Positions 1-10,532 are shown, counted from the stretch's first letter. The stretch: DNA of 64,000 bases from Candidatus Bathyarchaeia archaeon (GCA_038727135.1 JAVYWL010000002.1:224001-288000), one strand, 5' to 3'. The notes: generated by a model not told the origin, from the letters alone. Numbers and translations: made by a program.

Positions 1-383
1 TACGCCGAGGAGACGTCTGCGGACATGTCAACAATCCGCCAACAGTAGCGCGAGAGTTCATAGGCCAGATAATCGTCATATACCACCCAACAGCCATAGC
101 CGCCGGCTATACGCCAGTGCTCCACTATCATACTGGGCAAATGGCTTGCAGATTCACAGAACTAATAAGGAAGATTGACCCACGCTCCGGACAGGTTGTC
201 GAGGAAAAGCCGTCCTTCCTAAAGACCGGAGATGCCGCACTGGTGCGGATGGAGCCGCTACGTCCAATAGCCATTGAAGCCTACTCTGAGTTTTCAGAGC
301 TTGGAAGGTTCGCCGTAAGGGACATGGGCACAACCATAGCCGCCGGCATCGTGAAGGAAATAACCAAAAAGGGGCTGCAATAG
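1..383 (+). CDS. tuf: Translation elongation factor EF-1alpha, C-terminal part (runs off the window start)
   Basis: Frame is open from base 3: RRGDVCGH...HPTAIAAGYTPVLHYHT...LGRFAVRDMGTTIAAG, typical of aEF-1A domains II-III. Confidence 0.95.
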   Translation, partial: RRGDVCGHVNNPPTVAREFIGQIIVIYHPTAIAAGYTPVLHYHTGQMACRFTELIRKIDPRSGQVVEEKPSFLKTGDAALVRMEPLRPIAIEAYSEFSELGRFAVRDMGTTIAAGIVKEITKKGLQ

Positions 384-521
384 CCCTCATCCTCTCTTTT
401 TATCCATTCTAATTTTGAAGGTAAGTAAGCAGACAATCTTCTTTATAGAAGGGCACAAAAGCTAGAGGAACCGTAAGAGAAAATAAAGTCAAAGTTTTAG
501 GATAGCATTAGAGTTGAGGCT

Positions 522-1229
522 ATGTCTGGAGATGAGACACTTCTCCCATACTTAAAGGAGAAGAAGGGTGAAGAACAAGAACCAACAATAATTGTGGATA
601 GCCGTGAAGCGAGCAGCGCCGGAAAGGTCGTTAAGGGTCTTAGGGAACGCGGCGTAAACGTGAAAATTGAGCCTTTAGAAAAGGGAGACTACATTTTATC
701 CGACGTTTGCGCTGTTGAGCGTAAAAGGGTTCAAGATTTTGTTTATACACTTACGCATCGCTACCTCTTCGAGCAGCTTTTCAAGCTTAAGGAGGCTTAT
801 CCCAAAGCGTTGATTCTATTGGAGGGCTATATGCCCATCATCTACAAGTTCAGCAGAATAAAGCCGGAAGCCGTCTGGGGCGCCCTATTTAATTTGGCAA
901 AAAATGGAGTGGCCATAGTTAACACAACATCCTATAAGGAAACAGTGGATTTTCTCTACATTGCTGCCCGCCAAGAGCAAATAGTGGAAAAAAGGGTGCC
1001 AACTGTGCACCCAGTCAAAAAGTGTGAAACCTTGGAGGATGCCCAAATATTCTTTGTGGCAAGTTTGCCCAATATTGGGAGGGAGAAAGCCATAGCAATC
1101 CTTAAATCCTATCAGACACCGTTAAATGCCTTCTTAAATGTTGACGAGTGGCCAAAAACTGTTTACGGTCTTGGACCAAAAATAAGCAGCAGAGTTAAAG
1201 AAGTGTTAAATACACCATTTAAGGGGTGA
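522..1229 (+). CDS. xpf: Short XPF/ERCC4 structure-specific endonuclease with C-terminal HhH
   Basis: IIVDSRE, GDY and VERK nuclease motifs; LPNIG and GLGPK HhH motifs; no helicase domain. Confidence 0.9.
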   Translation: MSGDETLLPYLKEKKGEEQEPTIIVDSREASSAGKVVKGLRERGVNVKIEPLEKGDYILSDVCAVERKRVQDFVYTLTHRYLFEQLFKLKEAYPKALILLEGYMPIIYKFSRIKPEAVWGALFNLAKNGVAIVNTTSYKETVDFLYIAARQEQIVEKRVPTVHPVKKCETLEDAQIFFVASLPNIGREKAIAILKSYQTPLNAFLNVDEWPKTVYGLGPKISSRVKEVLNTPFKG

Positions 1230-1582
1230 AAAGACGTATGAACGTGGAAATTGCCCCAACAAAAAAAGTTACAGTCTTAGGGCTGGACAAGCGCACTGTA
1301 GGCGACATTGCATGGTGCGCCACCACTTACGGAGCGAATAGGCTATACTGGATAGACGGTTATTTGCTGTGCCTAGAAGTTTATGAGAAGTCCTTTGAAC
1401 ATGAGTTGAAAAATAGAGAGTTTCCAATAAGCCAAATCTGTTACGTGGAATTCCCAAAATATGAAAAAATTTACGAGGTGGACAAAAGCCTCCAAATTCC
1501 AGTAGTGAACGTTTCAGACATGAAAATATTTAAAAACATATTGAAAGCCATAAAAGAAAACGCGCAAACCGAAGGCAGCTAA
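1226..1582 (+). CDS. Conserved archaeal hypothetical protein
   Basis: 118 aa ORF overlapping the xpf stop codon; LYWIDG and IPVVNVS segments resemble TACK hypothetical proteins. Confidence 0.7.
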   Translation: MKRRMNVEIAPTKKVTVLGLDKRTVGDIAWCATTYGANRLYWIDGYLLCLEVYEKSFEHELKNREFPISQICYVEFPKYEKIYEVDKSLQIPVVNVSDMKIFKNILKAIKENAQTEGS

Positions 1583-2205
1583 AGCAGTTGTAGCTGAAAT
1601 TTAGGCTTCTTTAAGTTTTTACCGTATTTATAGCCAAGTTCAAAAGCATTCACATTCATTTTGGCGTATTTTTCCGGAACAAGCTCTTCCAAAGCCTCTA
1701 TTAGGCTCTCCTTTTTTATTGGCAATTTCCCAATGGCAGATAAAGCTCCAAGCAGAACAGCGTTCTGCATTACAGCACTTCCAGCTTCTTTGGCAATCCT
1801 CAAAGCTTCGATAACGACAATGTTTTTAGAAATTCGCCTTAACTTTTCAAGAATTTCATCCAGCCTCGGGTAGCTTTCACCTTTTAACGTAAACTCTGGC
1901 GGAGGAATCTTTTCGTCCCCCATAATTATGAGGGTTTTTTCAGAGGCATATCTTATATTTCTTAAAGTTTCCAGAGGCTCAAATCCCAGTAGGACATCTG
2001 CTTGTCCGTCAAGGACTAGTGGAGACAAAACGTTTTCGCCTATTCTAACGGTGCATAAGACGGCTCCCCCTCGCTGAGCCATTCCGTGGATTTCGCCGAC
2101 GCGAACATTTAAGCCTTCCTTCACGGCGGCTGTTCCAAGAACTTCAGCCGCCAAAAGTATGCCTTGACCGCCAACGCCGACAAGAACAATGTTAAACTCC
2201 TTCAT
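1579..2205 (-). CDS. iorB: Indolepyruvate:ferredoxin oxidoreductase beta subunit
   Basis: GVGGQG, EIHGMAQRGG and EPLETLR motifs; follows iorA; start set at MKEFNIV (2217 is an alternative). Confidence 0.93.
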   Translation of the reverse strand: MKEFNIVLVGVGGQGILLAAEVLGTAAVKEGLNVRVGEIHGMAQRGGAVLCTVRIGENVLSPLVLDGQADVLLGFEPLETLRNIRYASEKTLIIMGDEKIPPPEFTLKGESYPRLDEILEKLRRISKNIVVIEALRIAKEAGSAVMQNAVLLGALSAIGKLPIKKESLIEALEELVPEKYAKMNVNAFELGYKYGKNLKKPKFQLQLL

Positions 2206-2219
2206 TCCGCGTGTCATCC

Positions 2220-4097
2220 TCACACTTGTTTTGCTGGTTCTATGGCTTTGTATGGGCAAACATGGGCGCATAAACCGCAGCCCACACAGATATTTTCGCT
2301 TATAGCTACAGCCTTATCATCTTTAAGGACTATTGCTGGGCAACCTAACAACTTTATGCATGCCATGCAGTTTGTACATTTCTCATTTATCTTAAAAGGC
2401 ACAATTTCTAAGCCTTTGCGCCTTTTCTCCCTGACAAGCATTAGGGCGCATGGCGCTCTAAAAACGATAAGGGAGGTTTCAGGAAACTGTAAAGCCTCTT
2501 TTAGGACCTTCTCGGCTTCTCTAATATTGAAGGGGTCAACAACTCTGACAAATTTTACTCCACAGCCCTCAGCAACCTTCTCGATTGCTATGGGTTCTGT
2601 TGGTGTTTGCATGCCCGTCATTCCGGTTCCTGGATGCGGTTGGTGCCCAGTCATTGCCGTTGTTAGGTTGTCTAATACCGCGACCACAAGCCTATGCCTA
2701 TTGTAAACGGCGTTTAGGAGCCTTGGGATTCCAGCGTGGAAGAAGGTTGAATCTCCAATTATTGCAATTGTGTCCATCCCAGTCGTCTTGCTTATGCCTT
2801 GGGCTGTCCCTATTCCAGCGCCCATGCAGACGAGGATGTCGCCAATTTTTAGGGGTGGAGCTATTCCTAAGGCGTAACAGCCAATGTCCGTTGGATATAT
2901 TGCCCTTTCGCCAGCAACCCTCTTCATAACATAAAATGAAGCCCTGTGGGGGCATCCGGCACACAAGATTGGAGGTCTAGGCGGAATTCCTTTGGAGACT
3001 TCATTGTAGCGTTTGGCTAAACTTTCAAAGTCTATTGGAATTTTTCTACCGGTTATTGTGGCTAGTCCCTTCAAAACATGGCTTGTGGAAAACTCACCAG
3101 ACCTTGGAAAATACTGCTTGCCATAAACATCTGTTGAGGGGGCATGGTCCTTTGCAATTGCCTTGACATGAAGCTCCAGGTAGGGTTCAAGCTCCTCAAC
3201 AACTACGACTTTGCTGTGCTCCCTTAGGAATTTTCCAATCATGTTCTCTGGGAGTGGATGGGTCATCCCAAGCTTTAAGACGTCAACATCTAAGCCCAAG
3301 ATTGCGGCGGCTTCAACCGCGTAGTTGTAGGCTGAGCTTGACGAGATTATGCCGTATTCCTTGTCTTTTCCTCTAGGACTTATTGTGTTGTATGGAGAGT
3401 TTTCGGTTATTTCCTTCGCCTTTTCCATCTGTTGTAGGAGGACGTCGTGTCTTGGTCTTGCATTTGCTGGAACCATGACTAAACGTTTAACATCTCGGAT
3501 AAATTCGCCCTTCAAACTAGGCTTTGTAAGTTTTCCAAGGGTGACTGGCGCCCTTGTGTGGCTTACACGAGTGGTTGTCCGCATTATAACTGGAAGCTCA
3601 AGTTTTTCCGAAATCTCAACGGCATAAGCCACCATGTCCTTTGCTTCTTGCGGGTTTGATGGTTCAAGACATGGCAGATTGGAAAGCAGAGCGTATAGTC
3701 GGCTGTCCTGTTCGTTCTGCGAGCTGTAACATTCTGGGTCGTCAGCAGCCACGATAACTAATCCGCCTCTAACACCAGTATAAGCCAAAGTCATTAACGC
3801 GTCTGCAGCCACATTTAAACCCACATGCTTCATGGCTGCAAGAGCCCTAACTCCACAGTTGGCAGCTCCACCAGCCACCTCAACAGCAACAATCTCGTTA
3901 ACAGAATACTCCATATAAACGCCAGCCTCTTGGGCTATGGCGGAAACCGCATCGCCGATCTCGGAGGCTGGCGTCCCAGGATAGGTGGTGACAACTCCTA
4001 TGCCCGATTCCAGTACTCCGCGGGCGATAGCCTCATTACCGAGCAGTAGTACACGCTTTCCAGGTTCATCCTTCAATAATATGTGGGGGTCTGGCAT
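2220..4097 (-). CDS. iorA: Indolepyruvate:ferredoxin oxidoreductase alpha subunit
   Basis: GNEAIARG, YPGTPASE, MKHVGLNVAAD, CAGCPH, DIGCY, GDSTFFH TPP motif and two C-terminal 4Fe-4S motifs. Confidence 0.96.
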   Translation of the reverse strand: MPDPHILLKDEPGKRVLLLGNEAIARGVLESGIGVVTTYPGTPASEIGDAVSAIAQEAGVYMEYSVNEIVAVEVAGGAANCGVRALAAMKHVGLNVAADALMTLAYTGVRGGLVIVAADDPECYSSQNEQDSRLYALLSNLPCLEPSNPQEAKDMVAYAVEISEKLELPVIMRTTTRVSHTRAPVTLGKLTKPSLKGEFIRDVKRLVMVPANARPRHDVLLQQMEKAKEITENSPYNTISPRGKDKEYGIISSSSAYNYAVEAAAILGLDVDVLKLGMTHPLPENMIGKFLREHSKVVVVEELEPYLELHVKAIAKDHAPSTDVYGKQYFPRSGEFSTSHVLKGLATITGRKIPIDFESLAKRYNEVSKGIPPRPPILCAGCPHRASFYVMKRVAGERAIYPTDIGCYALGIAPPLKIGDILVCMGAGIGTAQGISKTTGMDTIAIIGDSTFFHAGIPRLLNAVYNRHRLVVAVLDNLTTAMTGHQPHPGTGMTGMQTPTEPIAIEKVAEGCGVKFVRVVDPFNIREAEKVLKEALQFPETSLIVFRAPCALMLVREKRRKGLEIVPFKINEKCTNCMACIKLLGCPAIVLKDDKAVAISENICVGCGLCAHVCPYKAIEPAKQV

Positions 4098-4226
4098 TAG
4101 CGCCTTCTCCAGCAGTTAGAGAACCCATTAGCCTTACGCTTTCAGATATAACTTTTGGTGAACTTAAAACGTTGCAAACATAGCAAAAACAAGGGAATAA
4201 AAGGGGAAATAGCGTTTTACAATGCT

Positions 4227-5009
4227 TTATTTACCCTTAAACATGGGCTTTCTCTTTTCAATGAAGGCTGAGACACCCTCTTGAAGGTCTTCTGTTGAGG
4301 CTACAACACCGAAGCCTTCCCTTTCCAAGGCTATTGCAGCGTCAAGGCTTATTTCCGAACCTTTGTTTATCAGGGCTTTAGCCACTTTGAGGGCAACAGG
4401 AGCCTTTTGAGCGAGTTCTAGGGCGAATTGGCGAACCGTCTCCCTAAACTTTTCCTGCGGAACAACCATATTCACAAGCCCGAGCTGTTCGGCAGTTTTT
4501 GCATCAATCATTTTCCCTGTGAAAATCAGCTCCTTAGCTTTTGTCGCGCCAATCAATCGTGTCAATCTTTGGGTTCCACCCCATCCCGGAATCAGGCCTA
4601 TGTTTATTTCTGTTTGTCCCATCCGAGCATTTTCAGAAGCAATGCGAAGGTCACATGCCATTGCAACCTCTAAGCCTCCGCCTAGCGCGTATCCGTTTAT
4701 AGCGGCTATGACTGGCTTTTCAAGATTTTCTAGGGCTGAACAGAGCTTTTCGCCCATCTGGGAGAGTTCCCGTGCTTTTAGGGCGTTCATCCCCTTCATG
4801 GCTTTTATGTCAGCGCCAGCAGAAAACGCCTTTTCGCCAGCGCCAGTCAAAACGACAACCCGTACATTTTCATCAGCCCGCACATCATCAAGGGCTTGCA
4901 TAATTTCGCTGACCACTTCGGCGTTGAAGGCGTTTAGTGCCTCTGGCCTGTTTATCGTTATTGTGGCTATGCCCTCGCTTTTCTCGTACATAATGTACTT
5001 AAACTCCAA
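4227..5009 (-). CDS. crt: Enoyl-CoA hydratase (crotonase)
   Basis: AFSAGADI, GYALGGGLE and EINIGLIPGWGGTQRL motifs. Confidence 0.93.
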   Translation of the reverse strand: MEFKYIMYEKSEGIATITINRPEALNAFNAEVVSEIMQALDDVRADENVRVVVLTGAGEKAFSAGADIKAMKGMNALKARELSQMGEKLCSALENLEKPVIAAINGYALGGGLEVAMACDLRIASENARMGQTEINIGLIPGWGGTQRLTRLIGATKAKELIFTGKMIDAKTAEQLGLVNMVVPQEKFRETVRQFALELAQKAPVALKVAKALINKGSEISLDAAIALEREGFGVVASTEDLQEGVSAFIEKRKPMFKGK

Positions 5010-5033
5010 TTGCGCCTATCCTCCCTTTTTCAA

Positions 5034-5900
5034 TTATTTCTGCGCCCAATCATAGAAGCCTTTGCCAGTTTTTCTTCCCAGCAGGTTGGCCTTAACCATC
5101 TGCTTCAATCCCGGATGCGGGTGAAACTTTGGGTCAAGCTCCCTTTCAAGAACCTCTGCTATGGCTAAAGTTGTATCCGCGCCAATGTAGTCTAACAGCA
5201 TTAGAGGCCCCATAGGCCAGTTCAGTCCAAGCTTAATAGCCTTGTCAATGTCGTCTCTGTCCGCCACGCCCTCCCAGTAGAGGGCCACAGCCTCATTCAA
5301 AGCTGGTATCAATATGCGGTTAACAATGAAGCCCGGACAATCTTTCTTGACCAGAACTGTTTCTTTTTGCATTTTATGAGCGACGTCCAAAACTGTCTGC
5401 ACAGTCTCATCTGAGGTTTTGGCGCCCCTTATCACTTCCACAAGTTTCATTAACTGCGGCGGGTTAAAGAAGTGCATCCCGCAAACCTTTTCTGGGCGCT
5501 TTGTTGCTGAGCCGAGTTCTGTTATGCTTATGGAAGAGGTGTTTGAGGCTATTATGGCGTGGGGAGGTGCCAACGCATCCACTTCGCGGAAAGTTGCCTT
5601 TTTCAGTTCAACGTTTTCTGGAATAGCCTCAATGACTAGGTCAGCTTCTGAAACAGCCTTCCGCAAATCTGTTGTTGGATGTATCCTAGCCAAGGTTTCA
5701 TTTAAATCCGCCTCTGTTATCTGTCCTTTACTGAGGAATTTCTGAAGGCTGTTGCGGATCATGTCCATGCCATTGTCCAAAAACTTCTGCTCAATATCCC
5801 GCATGTAAACCTCGTACTTGCCAACTTGGGCAGCCACTTGCGCAATGCCGTGACCCATCAAACCAGCGCCTAGAACGGCTATCCTTTTAACTTCAACCAA
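5034..5900 (-). CDS. hbd: 3-hydroxyacyl-CoA (3-hydroxybutyryl-CoA) dehydrogenase
   Basis: GAGLMG Rossmann motif, SNTSS, GMHFFNP, GFIVNR and LGRKTGKGFY. Confidence 0.93.
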   Translation of the reverse strand: MVEVKRIAVLGAGLMGHGIAQVAAQVGKYEVYMRDIEQKFLDNGMDMIRNSLQKFLSKGQITEADLNETLARIHPTTDLRKAVSEADLVIEAIPENVELKKATFREVDALAPPHAIIASNTSSISITELGSATKRPEKVCGMHFFNPPQLMKLVEVIRGAKTSDETVQTVLDVAHKMQKETVLVKKDCPGFIVNRILIPALNEAVALYWEGVADRDDIDKAIKLGLNWPMGPLMLLDYIGADTTLAIAEVLERELDPKFHPHPGLKQMVKANLLGRKTGKGFYDWAQK

Positions 5901-6007
5901 ACTTGTTCACCATCCAAGATAGAAGACTAAATTGTTAGGAAGACTGTTAAAAGATTTTCCAGCTCCTTACATTTCCAAAACATGCCAAGTGCTAAGCTAA
6001 TGAAACA

Positions 6008-6901
6008 TCAAGTATTCTTTGTTTTGAGCACCATGGCTGCGCTTAAAAGAATAAGTCCAACACCCACATAGCGGATTTGAGAAATGTACTGTTGGAGAAG
6101 CAGCACCGCCCAAAGATTGTGCAGCAGAGGGTCTAAAAGCAAAATTGTTCCCTCAGTTGTCGGCGGAACCTCGCTTGGCTTTACATAATTCAATAAGCCG
6201 TAGGAAAGAGCCGTGCTAAATGAGGCAAACAAGACTAATAGGGCTAGTTGATAAGAGTTTGGCAATACAAACCCTATTAAACCAGTGTTTTTCGTGAAAA
6301 AGCTTAGAATCATTCCTAAAAACAGCGAAGACGGCGCCGCAAATAAAAATGTGTTAAATAAGCCTTGAAGGGGCGTGTAATCTGCCTTCCTCATCCTTTT
6401 TACATAAAGGTAAACAGAGTAAAAGAAGCCGCCGAGCAGGGCGAATCCTAAGCCGCCAACGTTAAGGCTTGGAAGCGGCTCCGTGACCACCCCGCTTACA
6501 AGAAAGACTCCGACCACTCCCATCGCCATTGCCATAATCTTTCTCGAAGTCAACTTCTCTTTTCGAGAAACGGTAGCTAAAATTGCCGTGAAAAAGGGTT
6601 GAGTGTAGATTAGGGCGGTGGCAACTGCTATGGGGCAGCCAAACACAATTGAGGATAGACCTGAGAGCAAGAAGCACGAAAAAACCAAGCCAGCTAATGC
6701 AAAGTATTGCAAGTCCTCTTTTTTGAGTTTGAATCTCCCTTTAATTAACACGAAAATTAATGGAAGAGCCAATGTTATGCGGGAGAAAGCTTGCTGCAGA
6801 CTTGAGACTCCAGCGTTTTTAAGAAGGGTTGAAATAACAAGAATGAAGCTGAAACAAAAGCACGTCAGAATTAATATGGCGTGGCTTTTTGTAAAGCTCA
6901 C
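6008..6901 (-). CDS. DMT/EamA family transporter
   Basis: About 10 hydrophobic helices in two repeats; ATALIYTQPFFT motif. Confidence 0.85.
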   Translation of the reverse strand: MSFTKSHAILILTCFCFSFILVISTLLKNAGVSSLQQAFSRITLALPLIFVLIKGRFKLKKEDLQYFALAGLVFSCFLLSGLSSIVFGCPIAVATALIYTQPFFTAILATVSRKEKLTSRKIMAMAMGVVGVFLVSGVVTEPLPSLNVGGLGFALLGGFFYSVYLYVKRMRKADYTPLQGLFNTFLFAAPSSLFLGMILSFFTKNTGLIGFVLPNSYQLALLVLFASFSTALSYGLLNYVKPSEVPPTTEGTILLLDPLLHNLWAVLLLQQYISQIRYVGVGLILLSAAMVLKTKNT

Positions 6902-6941
6902 TTACGCTTTTCTCCGCATTAGCAAAGCGCTGTAAGGTTTC

Positions 6942-8108
6942 CTAATAGGATTTTGGCAGTCCCAAGACATGTTGCCCTATGAAAGCTAAAGCCATTTGAT
7001 GCGTAACCGGAGCCAGCCTAATGAGGTTTATTTCTCGCCACCACCTTTCCACGTCGTATTCCACGGCATAGCCGTATCCGCCAAAGGTCTGCATTGCATG
7101 GTAAACCGCCATAGTTCCAGCTTCAACGGCTGCTACTTTAGCCATGTTGGCTTCCGCCCCACATTCTTGTCCGCGGTCATAGAGCCATGCAGCCTTATAG
7201 TTTAGGAGTCTCGCAGCCTCGATTTTTGCCTTGGCTTCAGCTAGTGGGAACTGTATGGCTTGATGCGCTCCTATGGGCGCGTCGAAAACTCTTCTTTCTT
7301 TTGCGTATTCAACAGCCTTTTTGATGGCTAGTAGTCCTAAGCCGCATGCCGCCGCTGAAAAGGACATGCGCTCCGGGTTAAGCGTATCCAAAAGCAGGTA
7401 CCAGCCCTTTTCGGGTTCGCCTAAAACATTTTCCTGTGGAACCCGTAGGTCACTTATGTAAACCTCAAAGGTTTTTGAGTAATTTATTCCATGCTTCTCG
7501 ATGGGGATTATTTCAACGGCTGGATTTGGCAAATCCACAAGGAAAAGCGTCAAGCCCAAGGTTCTTTTGGGTGCTTTATCAATTGGTGTCGTTCTAGTGA
7601 CTAGAAGCATCCCTTTGGCTCTGTCCGCCCCAGATATGAAGATTTTCTGACCGTTAATCACGTATTCGCCATTTTGCTTAACAGCCATGGTTTTAATGTT
7701 TAGAGTGTTTGTCCCGGCATCCGGTTCTGTTAGGGCTAGGCAGAACTCCATCCCCTTTGCAATTTTTGGCAAGTACTTCTCTTTTTGGGCTTCGTTGCCG
7801 TGCTTCACTATGGATAGGCCGCCGAAAACCGCTGAAAGGCACAGAAACCATTCTCCAGCAAGCCCACAGCCCTCTGAAACTAGGGTTTCCATGGCCAGCA
7901 GCATTTCGAACATGCCCATTCCGCTTCCGCCATACTTTTCCGGGATAACTATGCCTGGGAAACCCGCGTCAACAAGGCTTTTCCAAAAGTCTTCTGGAAA
8001 CTCATGTTTCCGGTCTTTTTCACGCCAATATTCTGGGCCATAGTCTCGGGCAATTTCAGTGGCTGTTTCAACTATCATTTTCTGTTCCGAGGTTAATTCA
8101 AAATCCAT
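6942..8108 (-). CDS. Acyl-CoA dehydrogenase
   Basis: ALTEPDAG, NGQKIFIS, IGAHQAIQFPLA and QTFGGYGY motifs. Confidence 0.95.
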   Translation of the reverse strand: MDFELTSEQKMIVETATEIARDYGPEYWREKDRKHEFPEDFWKSLVDAGFPGIVIPEKYGGSGMGMFEMLLAMETLVSEGCGLAGEWFLCLSAVFGGLSIVKHGNEAQKEKYLPKIAKGMEFCLALTEPDAGTNTLNIKTMAVKQNGEYVINGQKIFISGADRAKGMLLVTRTTPIDKAPKRTLGLTLFLVDLPNPAVEIIPIEKHGINYSKTFEVYISDLRVPQENVLGEPEKGWYLLLDTLNPERMSFSAAACGLGLLAIKKAVEYAKERRVFDAPIGAHQAIQFPLAEAKAKIEAARLLNYKAAWLYDRGQECGAEANMAKVAAVEAGTMAVYHAMQTFGGYGYAVEYDVERWWREINLIRLAPVTHQMALAFIGQHVLGLPKSY

Positions 8109-8200
8109 GATATCACAACCAGTCTCACATTTTCCAGAAGTCGCTATAAAATGCTTTCCTAGAGGAAATGCAAAACAAATTGAAAAAGAAGGGTTTACGC

Positions 8201-9010
8201 CTATTTACTTTGTCCGGGTCTTGGTATGTAAATTCCGTGGGGGTCTATGGCCCTTAAAATGGCTAGTTCTTCATATGTTGGCGGCTCTGTTGTTGGCACA
8301 TGCTCCGGTATAATCAAGTCGAATCCCGTGTTTTCCATAATTTCTTGTAGAGTAACTCCTGGATGGATGGTGGCAAGTCTAATCCTCTTTGTTTCTGGGT
8401 CGAAGTCCATTTGGCAGAGGTTTGTAACCACGAGGGATGGCCCACCGCCCAGCAAGCCAGCCTTTTCTCTTGCTCCTGGGCCGTCCAAATAGCCTGGACT
8501 TGTTAGGTAGTCGAGTTTCTTCACCATTTTCCGCTTTTCATGGGTCATTATTATGACTATGCGTTTTGCTGATGAAACTATGTCGTTTCCGCCGCCGCTC
8601 CCTGGAAGTCGCACGGTTGGGTGTTCGAAGTCGCCTATATATGTAGTGTTTATATTTCCATACTCGTCTATTTGGGCGGCTCCCACAAAGCCAACATCCA
8701 CGTGTCCGCCTTGAAGAAGAAGTCCCAACGTTTCGATTAGGCCTATGGCTGCTGAAGCCCTATAACCAAGCCTAGAGTCGGCTATTGATAGGGCTATGTC
8801 TATGGCGTTTGAGTCTATGAAGCCAGCCTCATAAACTATTTTGGCCTTGGGCGCATGGGTTCTTTTTGCAAGCATCGCGGCTATCATGGGCAAGCCTGTT
8901 CCAACGAAAACTACTTCGCCATTTTTTATGGCCCTAGCTCCACAAACTGCCATAAGCTCGAGAGTTGTGAACTCGCCAGGTTTTGCATAATTCTTCTTTT
9001 CCATAGGCAT
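8201..9010 (-). CDS. CoA-transferase beta subunit (glutaconate CoA-transferase-like, family I)
   Basis: VFVGTGLP, YEAG catalytic Glu, AAQIDEYGNIN and RLPGSGG. Confidence 0.9.
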   Translation of the reverse strand: MPMEKKNYAKPGEFTTLELMAVCGARAIKNGEVVFVGTGLPMIAAMLAKRTHAPKAKIVYEAGFIDSNAIDIALSIADSRLGYRASAAIGLIETLGLLLQGGHVDVGFVGAAQIDEYGNINTTYIGDFEHPTVRLPGSGGGNDIVSSAKRIVIIMTHEKRKMVKKLDYLTSPGYLDGPGAREKAGLLGGGPSLVVTNLCQMDFDPETKRIRLATIHPGVTLQEIMENTGFDLIIPEHVPTTEPPTYEELAILRAIDPHGIYIPRPGQSK

Positions 9011-9018
9011 TTCACCCC

Positions 9019-9963
9019 CTAATATGGGAAGGGTTTTTTGGCTCTAAGCTTTAGGAGGCGTTCCATACCTATCTTCTTGAGGAACTCCATGTGGTCCTCA
9101 ACTCCAGTGATGTATTCTTCGCAGTATTTTTGCCATCCCTCCTCTGTTTTGCACTGCTGGTAGTACATACGCACATGTTCCATGTCATAGTCGTAGTAGT
9201 TGTAAACCATCATTGGGTATGCTCCCCACGGGCATTCCACAACGTAGTCCACGTAAATGTTTGGAATCGCCGTCTGGTCTGGTTGTGAACGTATGAATTC
9301 TGTGTCAACTATTTCTTCGGCTAAAACAATCACTTTTTTGCCAGCCCTCGCGCCCTCCACGTCCTCGCCTTTAATGCCGTCTATTTGGGCGTTGCCTTCC
9401 CTATCCACACGGGAGACATGCACAATGCTGAAGTCTGGACGCACAGACGGAACAAGCACAACCTTCTCGCCTGTGAAGGGGCAATTTATGACTTCCGCCT
9501 TTTTAGGTTTGAATTTTGTTTTTGTAAGGAGGTCTGTTCCAAGCATGCTTTTCAAGGGCATGAATGGGACGCCAAGCGCCCCGCCAAGAAAGCGCAGAGC
9601 CATAGCCAAATTCGTATAATCTTCAATTTGAACAGCGCCTTCGCGTATTCTCCGCTGGATGTTTGGAGCCAACCCTATACCCTCTATCGCGAAAAAAGCT
9701 AGTTCAAAATGGGAAACCACATATGCCCCTGCAAGTATGTCAATGTCCATCTCTGAACCACATGTGTAAATTGTTAGGTTTCGCTTTTTCTGCCTCACAA
9801 GCTCGTGGGCGAAAGCCATTGGCGGTCTCTGGAAGCCGAAGCCTCCCCAGAAGAGATGCGCCCCATCAGGAATTAGTTTCGCCGCCTCTTTAAGGGTTAT
9901 CCGCTTATCCTCCACCGGCGCCTCCACCAACAAAGACACCTCTAATACTATTTTATGTTCCAA
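9019..9963 (-). CDS. CoA-transferase alpha subunit (glutaconate CoA-transferase-like)
   Basis: PMAFAHELVRQ, GVPFMP and CPFTGEKV motifs; the true start may be about 30 nt downstream. Confidence 0.9.
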   Translation of the reverse strand: MEHKIVLEVSLLVEAPVEDKRITLKEAAKLIPDGAHLFWGGFGFQRPPMAFAHELVRQKKRNLTIYTCGSEMDIDILAGAYVVSHFELAFFAIEGIGLAPNIQRRIREGAVQIEDYTNLAMALRFLGGALGVPFMPLKSMLGTDLLTKTKFKPKKAEVINCPFTGEKVVLVPSVRPDFSIVHVSRVDREGNAQIDGIKGEDVEGARAGKKVIVLAEEIVDTEFIRSQPDQTAIPNIYVDYVVECPWGAYPMMVYNYYDYDMEHVRMYYQQCKTEEGWQKYCEEYITGVEDHMEFLKKIGMERLLKLRAKKPFPY

Positions 9964-9987
9964 ATTTAAATCTTCGAAGACTTCGAT

Positions 9988-10532
9988 TTAAAGTTCTAGA
10001 GGAACACCATAGGATTCTTTGAAGAATATTTCGTTGAAGGCTTTTCTAGGTCTTGCTGGAGGTTCTTCGTCTGGAACACCTATTGGAAGCAATGCTATGA
10101 CGGCTAAATCCTCTGGAACTTTAAGAATCTTTTTAACCTCTTTCTCATCGAAGGCTCCAATTCAGCATGTTCCATATCCTAGGGCTGTGGCAGCCAAAAC
10201 CATATGCTCAATTGCAATCATGGGGTCTTGCTTGTACGGTATCCTAGTTGCTGAAAGCGTGTATGGAAGTTTCACTGGTGACGCTTTTGGATCTCCTAAG
10301 GCAACGATGACCGCGTCAGCATTCGCTATAAACATTTGATTATTTGCTGCGGTGGCCAAGGCTTTTTTCGTTTCTCCTTCTCTTACAATTATAAAGTACC
10401 ATGGTTGGCGGTTTCCACCAGAAGGAGCTAAGCGTCCAGCCTCGAGAATTTTCTTTAAATCCTCATTGGGTATCGGATTGGGCTTAACTTCCTTATGCTT
10501 CTCCTTTTCTTTACGGCTTCAAACAAATCCAA
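9988..10532 (-). pseudogene. Nitroreductase family pseudogene
   Basis: Reads LDLFEAVKKRRSIRK, then a 1-nt deletion near 10486, then APSGGNRQPW...GYGTC[TGA at 10162-10164 in place of Trp]IGAFDE...; stop at 9988. Confidence 0.85.

Noticed and set aside
10162-10164. In-frame TGA as selenocysteine or recoded Trp
   Set aside because: It replaces a conserved Trp rather than Cys, the gene has a second lesion, and TGA is a normal stop elsewhere in the window
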